Assembly (NCBI GenBank): GCA_019358915.1
Contig: JAHHIM010000030.1
Span: forward strand, 1-54,127
Reading direction: 5' to 3'
Length of the DNA: 54,127 bases
Source of the DNA: Trichormus sp. ATA11-4-KO1
GTDB taxonomy: Bacteria > Cyanobacteriota > Cyanobacteriia > Cyanobacteriales > Nostocaceae
In this document: positions 1 through 10,054 of the stretch, piece by piece
Layout of the letters: the number at the start of each line of letters is the position of its first letter
How positions within the stretch are numbered: position 1 is the stretch's first letter
Program-made: the position numbers and the translations under genes
The notes under the pieces: model-generated
What the model was told of the DNA's origin: nothing
The model's database searches: none
Seen by the model: only the letters and a program-made list of their open reading frames with translations

Positions 1-87
1 AATTGGTATGAATTGCAAAGGAACTTATTCACTTTGGTTGTGCGTGATTACATTGTAGAAAATCTTACCAATACTTGTGCTGCTTAA
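1..87 (+). CDS. Possible 3' end of a CDS entering from the left edge (NWYELQRNLFTLVVRDYIVENLTNTCAA*)
   Basis: Frame +1 is open from base 1 to TAA at 85-87 and converges on the next gene; too short to assign. Confidence 0.35.
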   Translation, partial: NWYELQRNLFTLVVRDYIVENLTNTCAA

Positions 88-138
88 TACACATGAATGG
101 AATTTTTTGTCAATGCGTAACTCCTAGTGCTATTCCAC

Positions 139-1344
139 TCAGCACTTTTTCAAATCAGGTTCTGAAAGTTGACTATCAAGATGGCGAAACAAAAATATCC
201 AAAGTGGTAGGGAACTATTAATGGCGATGAGTCGCACTAAATGACCTGTTGTCACAATTTCCACATTATGATTCAATGCCAGTGATACCAAAATCATTTC
301 TGGCGCTCCCCCTGGTGCTGTGACTAAAAGACAAGTTAACCAGTCCCAAGAGGTTAATTGCATGGCCAACATCGCAGCGATCGCACCAGCCGCCAGAGTC
401 ATACCTACAGACATAAAGGCGTAAACTATAGCTTTTTTATCTAAATTGGGTTTATCTCCCCAATACTCACCAATGGTAATTCCCAGCAGCAGTTGACCTA
501 ATAACTTGATGCATAATGGCGGGTTAAAGTTAACATCACCCACAAAAGGCAGCCAATGCAATAAAGGATTAAAAGCTATACCAATCAACAATGCACCAAA
601 AAACTCGGCAGCAGGAATTTTGCACAATGCAGCCAGATAAACGACTAATCCGGTAACCACTAATGCTAATAAGAGTAATCCTAGTTGGGATGGATTAAAA
701 CTCAGTAATGTATCTGTAATCGGCAAGGTTTGCGGACTGAGGAAATTAGTAACTGATGTCCGAGCAATTAAAGGAATAAGTAATACTACAGAGGTGACGC
801 GAATTGCCTGAACTAGCGCTACTAGAGTAACATTTCTATCGTAATCGGCAGCAATAGATGCCATGACTCCCACACCACCAGGAACCGTAGCCAGCATCGA
901 TGTTAATAGGTTGGTTTTACTCAAGCGGGAGTAAATGTACCCAATGCAGCTACCACTTAGCAGCAGAAATAAGGTGAGAAAAATAAATATAGGAATACCA
1001 GCAGCCAGACTGGTTAAATTGTTACTGCTACTTGAAGCACCAACAGACAGTCCAACTAGTGCCATACCCACCTTTCTGGCATTTCGATTAGGTTTGGGTG
1101 AATATTTATAAAAAATCCGACATCCTTGCAGAACTACTGTACCAGAAGCAAGTCCGCCAAATATCCAGGCAATTCCGCCAATGTGTAACTTTGCTAAGGC
1201 CAAACCCAAAGGCAATGCCAGTAGTATTTCTAGGCTCAAGACAATTAGTTGCTTGATAGATAACTGTTGTCGAGCAACAGCAGGATTTTTAGGATTGGCT
1301 TCCTCTGGAGGTGGAGCAACACTTAAATTGTGATTCATCGACAC
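139..1344 (-). CDS. AbrB (AidB-regulator)-family membrane protein, often labelled putative ammonia monooxygenase
   Basis: Multi-TM protein with an internal duplication: ATVPGGVGVM..VALVQAIRV and VTAPGGAPEM..VTTGHLVRL. Confidence 0.8.
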   Translation of the reverse strand: MSMNHNLSVAPPPEEANPKNPAVARQQLSIKQLIVLSLEILLALPLGLALAKLHIGGIAWIFGGLASGTVVLQGCRIFYKYSPKPNRNARKVGMALVGLSVGASSSSNNLTSLAAGIPIFIFLTLFLLLSGSCIGYIYSRLSKTNLLTSMLATVPGGVGVMASIAADYDRNVTLVALVQAIRVTSVVLLIPLIARTSVTNFLSPQTLPITDTLLSFNPSQLGLLLLALVVTGLVVYLAALCKIPAAEFFGALLIGIAFNPLLHWLPFVGDVNFNPPLCIKLLGQLLLGITIGEYWGDKPNLDKKAIVYAFMSVGMTLAAGAIAAMLAMQLTSWDWLTCLLVTAPGGAPEMILVSLALNHNVEIVTTGHLVRLIAINSSLPLWIFLFRHLDSQLSEPDLKKC

Positions 1345-1561
1345 TGGCTTTTTAAATTACTTTAACTATGCACTCAAACTAACGCGGTAAGCAAAGCTAT
1401 GTCCTCAGACTTATCGCTTAGGTAGTTTATATTTGTTGTGGATGGTACGCCGCCAGTGTACCTGTTCTTAAAAAAACATGAGGAATGGGGAATGGGGATA
1501 AATAATAATTTCTGACTCAGCACTTAGAAAGGCACTTAATACTCATCACCAGAGATAGGTG

Positions 1562-2503
1562 CTAAGTGTAAACAGCAGCTGCAAAACGTTCAGCCAAATT
1601 AATAATGTCCTGTTTACGGGCAATTTGGTTGATCCATGCTTGGGGAATATTTTCCACACCGTAGTAAATTCCAGCTAAACCGCCAACGACAGCAGCAGTA
1701 GTATCTGTATCTCCACCTAAGTTAATGGCTTTCAGTACCGTTTCCGAATAAGACGAGCTATTTAGTAAACACCACAGAGATGATTCCAAAGTATCAATCA
1801 CATAGCCACCAGAATTAATCTCTTCAACTGGTAGCTTAGCTATTTCGCCACTGAAGACCCTACCAAAATGTGGCTTTTCTAAGATATATTCACGCTCAGA
1901 GTAAATAGATTGAATTTTTTCTAACCCTTGTAAATAAGCTGCTTGGGGGTTAGCTCCTTCTAATAGTGCGACTGCAATACTAATATAAATGCCGCAGGCC
2001 ATTTGCGATCGCGCATGAGCATGAGTAATTGCCGAAACATCATGTACTCGCGCCATCAATTCGTTGAAAGTGACAATTTTATGACAATAAGCCATCGGCA
2101 AAATTCTCATCAAGGAACCATTGCCATTGCTGTTCTCCACCTTGCCACCTGCCTGATGCGGTAAAATACCCTGTTTGAGACGCATAATTGCAGCATGAGT
2201 AGTTTGACCGATATCAAACAAGTCTCCACGAGCAGTCCAGTAAGCTTGTTTGTACCAGCGCCAAAAAGAATTGGCGATCGCATCCAACGAATATCCTCTA
2301 CATAAACTTTCTGCCAAGCAAAACGTCAGCGAACTATCATCTGACCAAGTTCCCGGCGGTTGATTCCAAGTACCGTAACCTAGCATCGTTGTCACGGGAG
2401 ATTTAACTCGTTCAGCGCGGCTAGTAAACTCAACTGGCACACCCAACGCATCACCGACACATAAACCCATCAAACCAGATAACGTTTTTGTAGCGGTTAG
2501 CAT
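1562..2503 (-). CDS. ADP-ribosylglycohydrolase (DraG/ARH family), catalytic motifs intact
   Basis: GDALGVPVEF, WSDDS, GNGSLMR and GGDTDTTAA motifs. Confidence 0.92.
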   Translation of the reverse strand: MLTATKTLSGLMGLCVGDALGVPVEFTSRAERVKSPVTTMLGYGTWNQPPGTWSDDSSLTFCLAESLCRGYSLDAIANSFWRWYKQAYWTARGDLFDIGQTTHAAIMRLKQGILPHQAGGKVENSNGNGSLMRILPMAYCHKIVTFNELMARVHDVSAITHAHARSQMACGIYISIAVALLEGANPQAAYLQGLEKIQSIYSEREYILEKPHFGRVFSGEIAKLPVEEINSGGYVIDTLESSLWCLLNSSSYSETVLKAINLGGDTDTTAAVVGGLAGIYYGVENIPQAWINQIARKQDIINLAERFAAAVYT

Positions 2504-2985
2504 TATTCAATCTCCATGAAAAACCCCAAAATTCAACTTTATAGATTTCCTTTATAAGTTGTTGTTATAGCTGCTACAGCCTGTTGTTTCATTCTATGTG
2601 AAAAACCAGAAAAACAGATATTAATTAAGTATTCTATTTGCTATATTTTCACTAATTTTTAATTTTTACCTTGTGCCAGTTACTAAAGTGCCTACTTTTA
2701 ATAATATTCCCGGATAGCAAGATAGAAGAAGGAAATTATAACATTGTCGTTTAGATAGGTTAGGCATAATAAACCTAAAACTTACGCAAAATTTGCCAAA
2801 AAGCTTAATTTATCTAACTGCCAAGATGCCAAGAATTTATAGAGTGTGCTTAAGTCTTAAACCCTTGAAGTCTTGTGCATCAATAACAACAATCATTGCA
2901 GAAATTGTAGAAATTATCTGGAACTTTTTTATACGGTATTCGACCTTGAATATAACAGCAAAACTTACAAAGTTTTTTCAATATT

Positions 2986-3522
2986 ATGAAAAAGTTACTC
3001 AAATCTTTCGTGGCAATTTCTGCCCTATCTTCTGTTGTAATTGCGCCTCTTGTTCTCAGTGCCGGTCAAGCTGTTGCTCAACCACAAAAAGGTACTGATG
3101 CTAGTTATGTTGGTGCTGGTATTGCAGCTGGTGTAACCAATGGTGGACAAGATAATGATGCTGCTAACTTTGGTGGTAATCTCACAGGTCGTGTGAAATT
3201 AGGTAATACACCATTTTCTGCACGTGGTAACGTCCTGTGGAATGATCAGACGAGTGCTATCATTCCAGAAGTTTCCGTAGACGTACCAATTGCTAATCGC
3301 ACCAACGCTTACATAACTGGTGGTTATTCTTTTTTGGATAAAGATGGTTCACCCAGTCCCATTGGCAACAGAGATTCTGTAGTTGTAGGTGCTGGTGTGG
3401 AATCAGAGGTGGCTAACAACTTTCTCGTTTACACCAATGCCAAAGTTGGACTTCGTGCCTACGAAAACAGTCCCGCTTCTGCTATTAGCATTAATGGTGG
3501 TTTAGGCTATCGCTTTAGGTAG
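2986..3522 (+). CDS. Small outer-membrane beta-barrel protein with Sec signal peptide
   Basis: MKK + hydrophobic stretch + AVA signal, alternating beta-strands, C-terminal GLGYRFR beta-signal. Confidence 0.7.
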   Translation: MKKLLKSFVAISALSSVVIAPLVLSAGQAVAQPQKGTDASYVGAGIAAGVTNGGQDNDAANFGGNLTGRVKLGNTPFSARGNVLWNDQTSAIIPEVSVDVPIANRTNAYITGGYSFLDKDGSPSPIGNRDSVVVGAGVESEVANNFLVYTNAKVGLRAYENSPASAISINGGLGYRFR

Positions 3523-3565
3523 GAACTAGGGACTGGGAAATAGGGATTGAGTACTAGTCTTTTTT

Positions 3566-3627
3566 ACTCAGCACTCAGCACTCAGCACTCAGCACTCAGC
3601 ACTCAGCACTCAGCACTCAGCACTCAG
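3566..3627 (+). repeat. STRR heptamer tandem array (ACTCAGC) x ~9
   Basis: Read directly from the sequence. Confidence 0.95.
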
Positions 3628-3628
3628 A

Positions 3629-3676
3629 AAGGCTGGTTTTGTCTGTGTTTTAACACTTAACAAAACCGGCTTTTTG
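3629..3676 (+). terminator. Probable intrinsic terminator after the beta-barrel gene
   Basis: GGCTGGTTTTG...CAAAACCGGC inverted repeat followed by a T-run. Confidence 0.5.
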
Positions 3677-3790
3677 CCGTGTTAAAATTGGATTATTCCT
3701 CATATTTACGACCGAATTACCGGGGATCACTCAGCCGAAAATCTGCTTCGGCGTTGACCGATACCTTATTGAGAATACTATACAACTCTG

Positions 3791-5743
3791 ATGGTTAAAT
3801 CTGCTCCTGCCCCAATCGCTAACCGTAACAAGCCTTCTAAAGTAGAAGGTATCAAGGAAAAAAGTAATTTTTTACGTGAACCTGTAGCTACGCAGATATT
3901 AGAAGATACAACCCATTTTACCGAAGAAGCGGTACAACTTCTCAAGTTTCATGGCTCCTACCAGCAGGATAACCGCGATAATCGCGTCAAGGGACAGGAG
4001 AAAGATTACCAATTCATGCTGCGGACAAGAAATCCTGGGGGGTTTGTGCCGCCGCAGCTGTATCTAACTTTGGACAAGCTAGCTGATGAATATGGTAACC
4101 ACACGTTACGAGTTACCACCCGTCAAGGGTTTCAGCTGCACGGGATTTTAAAGCAGAATCTGAAGGCAGCGATCGCTACTATAGTCAAAAACATGGGTTC
4201 GACTTTGGGTGCTTGCGGTGACCTCAACCGTAACGTTATGGCACCACCAGCGCCCTTTAAAAATCGCCCAGATTACCAGTACGCTTGGGAATACGCCAAC
4301 AATGTCGCGGATTTACTGACACCGCAAACAGGCGCTTATTACGAAATCTGGTTAGACGGCGAAAAGGTAATTAGTGCAGAAGAAAGCCCAGAAGTAAAAG
4401 CTGCACGTCAGCGTAATGGTACTGGCACAATTATCCATGACAGTGAAGAGCCGATTTATGGCACTCACTATATGCCTCGCAAGTTCAAGGTTTGTGTGAC
4501 TGTGCCTGGTGATAATTCAGTTGATTTATATACCCAAGATTTGACTTTGGTAGTCATTACCAATCAGCAAGGAGAACTAGAAGGATTTAATATTTTTGCT
4601 GGTGGTGGCTTAGGCAGAACACACAATAAAGAAGAAACCTTTGCCAGATTAGCAGATGAGATTTGCTATGTAGCCAAAGATGATGTTTACGATTTAGTCA
4701 AAGCGATTGTTGCCACCCAGAGAGATTATGGCGATCGTACCGACCGTCGTCATGCCAGATTAAAATATTTAATCAATGATTGGGGTGTCGATAAGTTCCG
4801 CGCCCAAGTCGAAGAATATTTCGGCAAATCACTCGCACCCTTTAAACCATTACCAGAGTTTAAATATCAAGATTTTCTGGGTTGGCAAGAACAAGGTGAT
4901 GGTAATTTATTTTTAGGCATTTCCGTTGATAATGGTCGTGTCAAGGATGAAGGTTCGTTTCAGCTGAAAACTGCCCTACGGGAAATTGTTGAGCAATTTA
5001 ACTTACCCATGCGCTTGACACCCCACCACAACATTATTTTTTACGACATCGCACCAAATCAGCAACCAGCCATTCAAGCAATTCTCAACCGTTGCGGTAT
5101 CGTTTCTGACCCCAACACTATCGAACCTTTAGTACGGTATGCGATGGCTTGCCCGGCTTTACCCACCTGCGGTTTGGCAATTACTGAGTCAGAACGGGCA
5201 ATTCCAGGCATTTTAGAACGGATTCGCAACCTGTTAGATAAACTTGGTTTACAAAATGAACATTTTGTGGTAAGGATGACAGGATGTCCCAATGGCTGCG
5301 CTCGTCCCTACATGGCAGAATTGGGATTTGTGGGTAGCGCTCCCGAATCTTACCAAGTTTGGCTGGGGGGTTCACCAGACCAAACACGTTTAGCGCAAGC
5401 TTATACAGAAAGGCTACACCATAATGATTTAGAAAGCTTTCTAGAACCGATTTTTATTTATTTCCAAAAATCGCGCAAACCAGGGGAAAGCCTCGGTGAT
5501 TTTTGCGATCGCGTGGGTTTTGATGCTCTGCGTGAATTTGCTGCTAAATATCAGCCTGAAACCATTGCACCACAAGCAACTCAACCGACGGCTAAGACGA
5601 CTAAATCTCCCAGTAGATCCCGGCATCGGATTAGCCTCCAAGATGAAGTTTACGAAACATTAAAGGCAACCGCCGCCAACCAAGGTAAACCAATGACTGA
5701 ATTAGTGAATGAAGCAATCAAAACTTATTTGGAGATGAATTAA
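3791..5743 (+). CDS. sir: Ferredoxin-dependent sulfite reductase with C-terminal ribbon-helix-helix-like extension
   Basis: [34 protein letters not shown] and [10 protein letters not shown] siroheme/4Fe-4S motifs. Confidence 0.96.
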   Translation: MVKSAPAPIANRNKPSKVEGIKEKSNFLREPVATQILEDTTHFTEEAVQLLKFHGSYQQDNRDNRVKGQEKDYQFMLRTRNPGGFVPPQLYLTLDKLADEYGNHTLRVTTRQGFQLHGILKQNLKAAIATIVKNMGSTLGACGDLNRNVMAPPAPFKNRPDYQYAWEYANNVADLLTPQTGAYYEIWLDGEKVISAEESPEVKAARQRNGTGTIIHDSEEPIYGTHYMPRKFKVCVTVPGDNSVDLYTQDLTLVVITNQQGELEGFNIFAGGGLGRTHNKEETFARLADEICYVAKDDVYDLVKAIVATQRDYGDRTDRRHARLKYLINDWGVDKFRAQVEEYFGKSLAPFKPLPEFKYQDFLGWQEQGDGNLFLGISVDNGRVKDEGSFQLKTALREIVEQFNLPMRLTPHHNIIFYDIAPNQQPAIQAILNRCGIVSDPNTIEPLVRYAMACPALPTCGLAITESERAIPGILERIRNLLDKLGLQNEHFVVRMTGCPNGCARPYMAELGFVGSAPESYQVWLGGSPDQTRLAQAYTERLHHNDLESFLEPIFIYFQKSRKPGESLGDFCDRVGFDALREFAAKYQPETIAPQATQPTAKTTKSPSRSRHRISLQDEVYETLKATAANQGKPMTELVNEAIKTYLEMN

Positions 5744-5929
5744 CAGTGAACAGCTAAATCCCTGGATCTAAGTCCCCCAGCATACGCCTGATAACTGATA
5801 ACTGATTTAATCGGTGTTGCTGATTGAGAAAAGGTAATTTTGGCATTTCATACTCTAAATTTAGCAACGCCATTTCATCAGTTTTAAAGAAAAAGCTGGG
5901 GCGAAAAAGAATGTGCTTAAAATAAGATC

Positions 5930-5960
5930 GCTGCACCTGTAATATGGTGCAGCTTTTTTT
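5930..5960 (+). terminator. Intrinsic terminator downstream of sir
   Basis: GCTGCACC-8 nt-GGTGCAGC followed by TTTTTTT. Confidence 0.7.
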
Positions 5961-5989
5961 AGATTCAAAATTTAATTCCCAATGAGCAA

Positions 5990-7042
5990 ATGTGGCTAAT
6001 TAATCAAGTTCGTCGTTGGAGTAAAGCACAATTTACCCAGCTAAAGGAGAGCAATAGCGGTGAGTGGCACTGGTTATCAGAAAAACCCATGCCAGTAGCT
6101 GGACTTAACCGTAGCCTCTGGCGGGGAGCTGTACCCTCCAAGAACTTTTACATCTTGCTGTTTTTATCTGGGATTATCTCTACTGTGGGACTGCTGGCTA
6201 ATAGTGCAGCCACAATTATCGGGGCGATGATCGTTGCGCCGTTGATGGGGCCGATAATTGCGATCGCCTACAGTATGGTTGTGGGTAATCAGCGTCTGTT
6301 AAAACGCGCTAGCTTTACGCTATTGACTGGGGTTGTGCTGACTGTTGTCACTTCCATGCTCATTGCCAGAATTGTAGGTATCAGAACCTTTGGCCCAGAA
6401 ATTTGGGGGCGAGTTAGTCCGACTTTACTAGATTTGGCGGTAGCTTTGGCAGCAGGTGCAGCTGGAGCATATGCCAAATCACGCCGTCACGTTGCCGATG
6501 CTTTGCCAGGAGTAGCGATCGCTGTAGCTTTAGTTCCACCTTTGAGTGTGATGGGTATTGGCATCGCCATGGCTTCCCAATCGGTTGCTATTGGTGCTTC
6601 TTTACTGTTTTTGGCAAACTTAATCGGTATCATTTTTAGTGGTGCGCTGGTGTTTCTAGGGCAACGCTACGGTTCCATAGAAAGAGCGCGTCAAGGTTTA
6701 ATTTTATCAATTGGGGCGATAATTCTTCTGGGTTTACCTTTAGGATTTTCTCTAGATAACTTGCTTCTGAAAGAACGCACACGTCGCAGTATTGAGTATT
6801 TGCTTTACCGCAGAACTCTGACATTTTCTAGTAGAGATATTCGCAGTATTAAAGTACAGCGACAAGAAGATTCTCTAATTGTTGAACTAGAAGTAGCAGC
6901 TCCCATCGGTGCAATTTCGGAAAATCAGGTGAACATGGTGCGGGATTTTGTGCAACAAAACTTAAAAAAACCGTTAACTTTAAATGTGCGGGTAATTCCC
7001 ATCCAGGAATTTACAGCCCCGGCTGCCAATTCACTAAAATAG
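5990..7042 (+). CDS. TIGR00341/DUF389 family membrane protein
   Basis: IIGAMIVAPLMGPI and ALPGVAIAVALVPPL motifs. Confidence 0.88.
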   Translation: MWLINQVRRWSKAQFTQLKESNSGEWHWLSEKPMPVAGLNRSLWRGAVPSKNFYILLFLSGIISTVGLLANSAATIIGAMIVAPLMGPIIAIAYSMVVGNQRLLKRASFTLLTGVVLTVVTSMLIARIVGIRTFGPEIWGRVSPTLLDLAVALAAGAAGAYAKSRRHVADALPGVAIAVALVPPLSVMGIGIAMASQSVAIGASLLFLANLIGIIFSGALVFLGQRYGSIERARQGLILSIGAIILLGLPLGFSLDNLLLKERTRRSIEYLLYRRTLTFSSRDIRSIKVQRQEDSLIVELEVAAPIGAISENQVNMVRDFVQQNLKKPLTLNVRVIPIQEFTAPAANSLK

Positions 7043-7078
7043 GGTAGGTTATGGGCAGTAGGGAATGGGGAAATTCCT

Positions 7079-7185
7079 ACTCAGCACTCAGCACTCAGCA
7101 CTCAGAAAGGCACTCCCCTTCGACTTCGCTCAGGGCAAGCGCACTCAGCACTCAGCACTCAGCACTCAGCACTCAGAAAGGCACT
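7079..7185 (+). repeat. Composite repeat: duplicated (ACTCAGC)n-AAAGGCACT arms around a small dispersed repeat CCCTTCGACTTCGCTCAGGGCAAG
   Basis: Read directly from the sequence upstream of rsmE. Confidence 0.85.
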
Positions 7186-7190
7186 TTGTC

Positions 7191-7898
7191 ATGGCGCAAC
7201 TACAACGAATTGCGATCGCACCCCATCAACTCCAACAAGGGCAAATTTCCCTGACAAAAGAGCAACAACATTATCTCAGTCGAGTGTTGCGGTTACGTGC
7301 AGGCGATCGCTTTATTGCTATGGATGGCAAAGGAAAATGGTGGTTAGCTCAGTTAGAAGGAGAGCAAGCCCAGGTTTTAGAAATACTAACTGTAGAAACA
7401 GAATTATCTGTATCAGTCACACTTATGGTAGCCTTGCCTAAAGGCAATGGATTCGATGAAATCATCCGGTGTTGTACTGAATTGGGTGTAACTTGTATTA
7501 CTCCAGTGTTGAGCGATCGCACCTTACTGCATCCTAGTCCCCAAAAACTCGAACGTTGGCGGCGTATCGCTACAGAAGCCGCCGAACAATCAGAGCGCGC
7601 TTTCGTGCCGACAATTTTAGAACCTGTCGCTTTTAGTCCGGCGATTTCTACTAGTGTGGCAAATCACCGTTACATTTGTGAAGCGCGTGGCGATTATCCG
7701 CATTTAAACAATGTCATTAAAGATGACAGCACGGAAATTGTCATTGCTACCGGCCCAGAAGGAGGATGGACTCAACCAGAAATTGATAGTGCGATCGCCT
7801 CTGGATTTCAACCAGTTTCCCTTGGTCGTCGGATCTTACGAGCAGTTACAGCACCAGTAGTGGCATTAACCTTAGTTTCCGCAGGTTGTGAAGTATAA
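7191..7898 (+). CDS. rsmE: 16S rRNA (uracil-1498-N3)-methyltransferase; start moved to ATG 7191
   Basis: HYLSRVLRL, TELGV, GPEGG and SLGRRILRAVTA motifs; the in-frame stretch from 7065 is translated repeat. Confidence 0.93.
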   Translation: MAQLQRIAIAPHQLQQGQISLTKEQQHYLSRVLRLRAGDRFIAMDGKGKWWLAQLEGEQAQVLEILTVETELSVSVTLMVALPKGNGFDEIIRCCTELGVTCITPVLSDRTLLHPSPQKLERWRRIATEAAEQSERAFVPTILEPVAFSPAISTSVANHRYICEARGDYPHLNNVIKDDSTEIVIATGPEGGWTQPEIDSAIASGFQPVSLGRRILRAVTAPVVALTLVSAGCEV

Positions 7899-7969
7899 AT
7901 GATTTATCCCCACCTAAAGCTTTATATCTTTGCGTGAGGTATTTTACCAGTGTGCGTTGAAAGTAAGCG

Positions 7970-9040
7970 ATGATTGAGCAAGTTGCCACCGCCTTTGAGC
8001 GTAAAGACTATTACACAGCTGCCAAATTACTCAAACAGCTATTAACAGAATCACCAGAAAATCCTTGGGTGCAATTTTATCTTGGACGGCTGCATGAAGT
8101 ATCCCAAAAGCGCCAAGAAGCTGAGAACATTTATCGGCAACTGCTGCGGAGTACAACCAACACTAAAATAGTGACGCAAGCACGCCAAGGTTTACAGCGA
8201 CTACAAGAAATTGAGCAAGAAGAAAGACAACGCGCCATTACCAAAGCAACATCTGAACCCAGTCATACTGAACTTGGTGTACTAATCTTAAAACCTTTGA
8301 GCCAAGAACTGAAAACCATCGCTGCACCAAAATTTGCTCAGATTATGCAGCTAGACCCTTACAGCGCAAGATTGTTACTACCAAGTCGCGGCTGGCGATT
8401 ATATCGTACTGGACAAGTGGGAGAACTCAAATATTATGGTACACAGCTAGAGCAAGCTGGAATTCCTTGCTTTTGGACAACAATAGCTGCTATTCAACAA
8501 ATTCAAGTTTTTCAAGTTAAATACTTCTCAGAATCTAACCCACAACTTACTGTTGTTTGTCGCAATCAAGAAAATCAACTCGGTTCCCTCACTTTTGACT
8601 GGTCGGAGGTCACAACCAGGGTAGTAGGACTTTTACCCATTTTTGAAGAAGTTGTAGATCGCAACGTCAGAGGTAAACTAGAACGCAAAACTCAAACTCA
8701 AGACTATGCCCAATTTTGTGACTTACACTTACCTGACAGACATTGCATTTTGCGACTTTATGATCATGGTTATGAATTTCAGCAAGGTATAGAGATTACT
8801 CCCCAAGTTAGCCAAAATACAATCAGAATTAATTGGAATAGTTTACTAGAATGGATGGAGCAATATCTGCCACAAGTAAAAATTTGGTCAGATTTCACGC
8901 CCTTTGCAGAAACAGTATTAGATCAAACAGAAAAGCTGGGTAACATCCAGTCTCACATTCACCTGTTTCGTAGGGAAAAGACTAATTGGGACCCAGCGTT
9001 TCACTTATATAGTGGTTTAATATTTGTCAACTTCACCTGA
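7970..9040 (+). CDS. Tetratricopeptide-repeat protein, cyanobacterial conserved hypothetical
   Basis: N-terminal TPR pattern (AAKLLKQLL..PENPWVQFYLGRL..EAENIYRQLL). Confidence 0.75.
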   Translation: MIEQVATAFERKDYYTAAKLLKQLLTESPENPWVQFYLGRLHEVSQKRQEAENIYRQLLRSTTNTKIVTQARQGLQRLQEIEQEERQRAITKATSEPSHTELGVLILKPLSQELKTIAAPKFAQIMQLDPYSARLLLPSRGWRLYRTGQVGELKYYGTQLEQAGIPCFWTTIAAIQQIQVFQVKYFSESNPQLTVVCRNQENQLGSLTFDWSEVTTRVVGLLPIFEEVVDRNVRGKLERKTQTQDYAQFCDLHLPDRHCILRLYDHGYEFQQGIEITPQVSQNTIRINWNSLLEWMEQYLPQVKIWSDFTPFAETVLDQTEKLGNIQSHIHLFRREKTNWDPAFHLYSGLIFVNFT

Positions 9041-9099
9041 AAACGGGAAAGGGAGATGAGTAATATAGACAATAACTCATTCCCCATACCTGATAATAC

Positions 9100-9576
9100 T
9101 TAGCCAGGGGTTTTAACCTGACGTGCCATATCCAAATAAGTACTCATATTTGCACCTGGACGGCGACGACCGTTCGAGCCAGTAGCCGAAGGAGCAAGAT
9201 ATTTGGGCGCAAACGTAGTTTCAGTTGGTTCCTTGATGCTTGTGGTTGCTGCTGGCGCTTTGCCATTCTTTGATGCTTCTACTTTGGCCGCTTTAGGAGC
9301 TTTCGCTGTTTTAGCAGTAATAGGCGCATTGCTCTTTGCAGATGCAGACTCCACTGGCTCCGTTACAGCTACTGCTACCGCAGCTTTTGTCCCGTTGGAT
9401 GTTGCTGCTGGTTTAGCTGCTACTGCTGGAGATACTTCTTTAGGTTTAGCTGCTGGGGATTTTTCAGCCGCAGGTTCATCTAGTTCCAAATAGTAGCTGT
9501 TACTTTTTTTACCTGGTAACAACCCAGTAATGAAACCTAGAATATTGGTGATTAACTTTTTGATAAAACCGAACAT
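9100..9576 (-). CDS. Hypothetical protein, Ala/Lys/Pro-rich low-complexity core with ordered termini
   Basis: ATG with AGGAG upstream; amphipathic N-terminus and RRRPGANMSTYLDMARQVK C-terminus. Confidence 0.75.
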   Translation of the reverse strand: MFGFIKKLITNILGFITGLLPGKKSNSYYLELDEPAAEKSPAAKPKEVSPAVAAKPAATSNGTKAAVAVAVTEPVESASAKSNAPITAKTAKAPKAAKVEASKNGKAPAATTSIKEPTETTFAPKYLAPSATGSNGRRRPGANMSTYLDMARQVKTPG

Positions 9577-10054
9577 TAGAATTGCTCCTGCCTTTGATGT
9601 CTGTAAACTTGGCCGTAGTGTGAAAAAATACGGCAGAATATTACATTTTTTGTGCCACGCTATGCTTTAAGAGTGACAAGCCTTATTGGTTTGTACTTAA
9701 TTAACATTGTAGTAACACTACAGAGCAAATGTTCTCAACTCTTTATTGCAAGCACTCGCAACCTGTAGATATCGAAAATTAATTATTAAATTTTACTGTA
9801 ACTAAGAGCAATAATCTGAGAGTTTACTTAATAAAATTTAACATTTTTTTGTTTACTAAACATCGATTCCCATGAAAAAACTGGACTAATTACAGAAGTA
9901 GGAAAGGGGACAAGAGGACAAGGTGAGAATTACAGAAATAATTTCACTCCAACTCCCCATTTTCAACCAGTGGTAGAAGTGTCATAGCTTATCTACAGGC
10001 AGTGACGCTACTCAGTTAAATTTCCAACAGACTTGATGCAGGTAAACTTGGGAG

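Noticed and set aside
139..1344. Ammonia monooxygenase
   Set aside because: The label attached to this AbrB membrane family is not evidence of AmoA activity, and no amo partner genes are present.
2793..3098. 101-aa Cys-rich ORF as a possible peptide precursor
   Set aside because: It has a TTG start, and its Cys-rich part is an alternate frame of the beta-barrel gene.
3566..3627. Tandem repeats as a CRISPR array (also 7079-7185 and 11375-11405)
   Set aside because: They are 7-bp units without unique spacers and no cas genes are present; typical Nostocales STRR.
7051..7254. 67-aa ORF and the 42-aa N-terminal extension of RsmE
   Set aside because: Both are translations of STRR repeats (STQHSAL); ATG 7191 is the better start.
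9203..9493. Short antisense or alternate-frame ORFs (here and inside sir, hlyB, topA, ndhB, kinases, lipA, etc.)
   Set aside because: They lie within well-supported genes and show no family motifs; treated as shadow ORFs.
9708..9722. NtcA site TGTAGTAACACTACA
   Set aside because: Spacing is GTA-N7-TAC rather than the canonical GTA-N8-TAC; it may still bind another factor.
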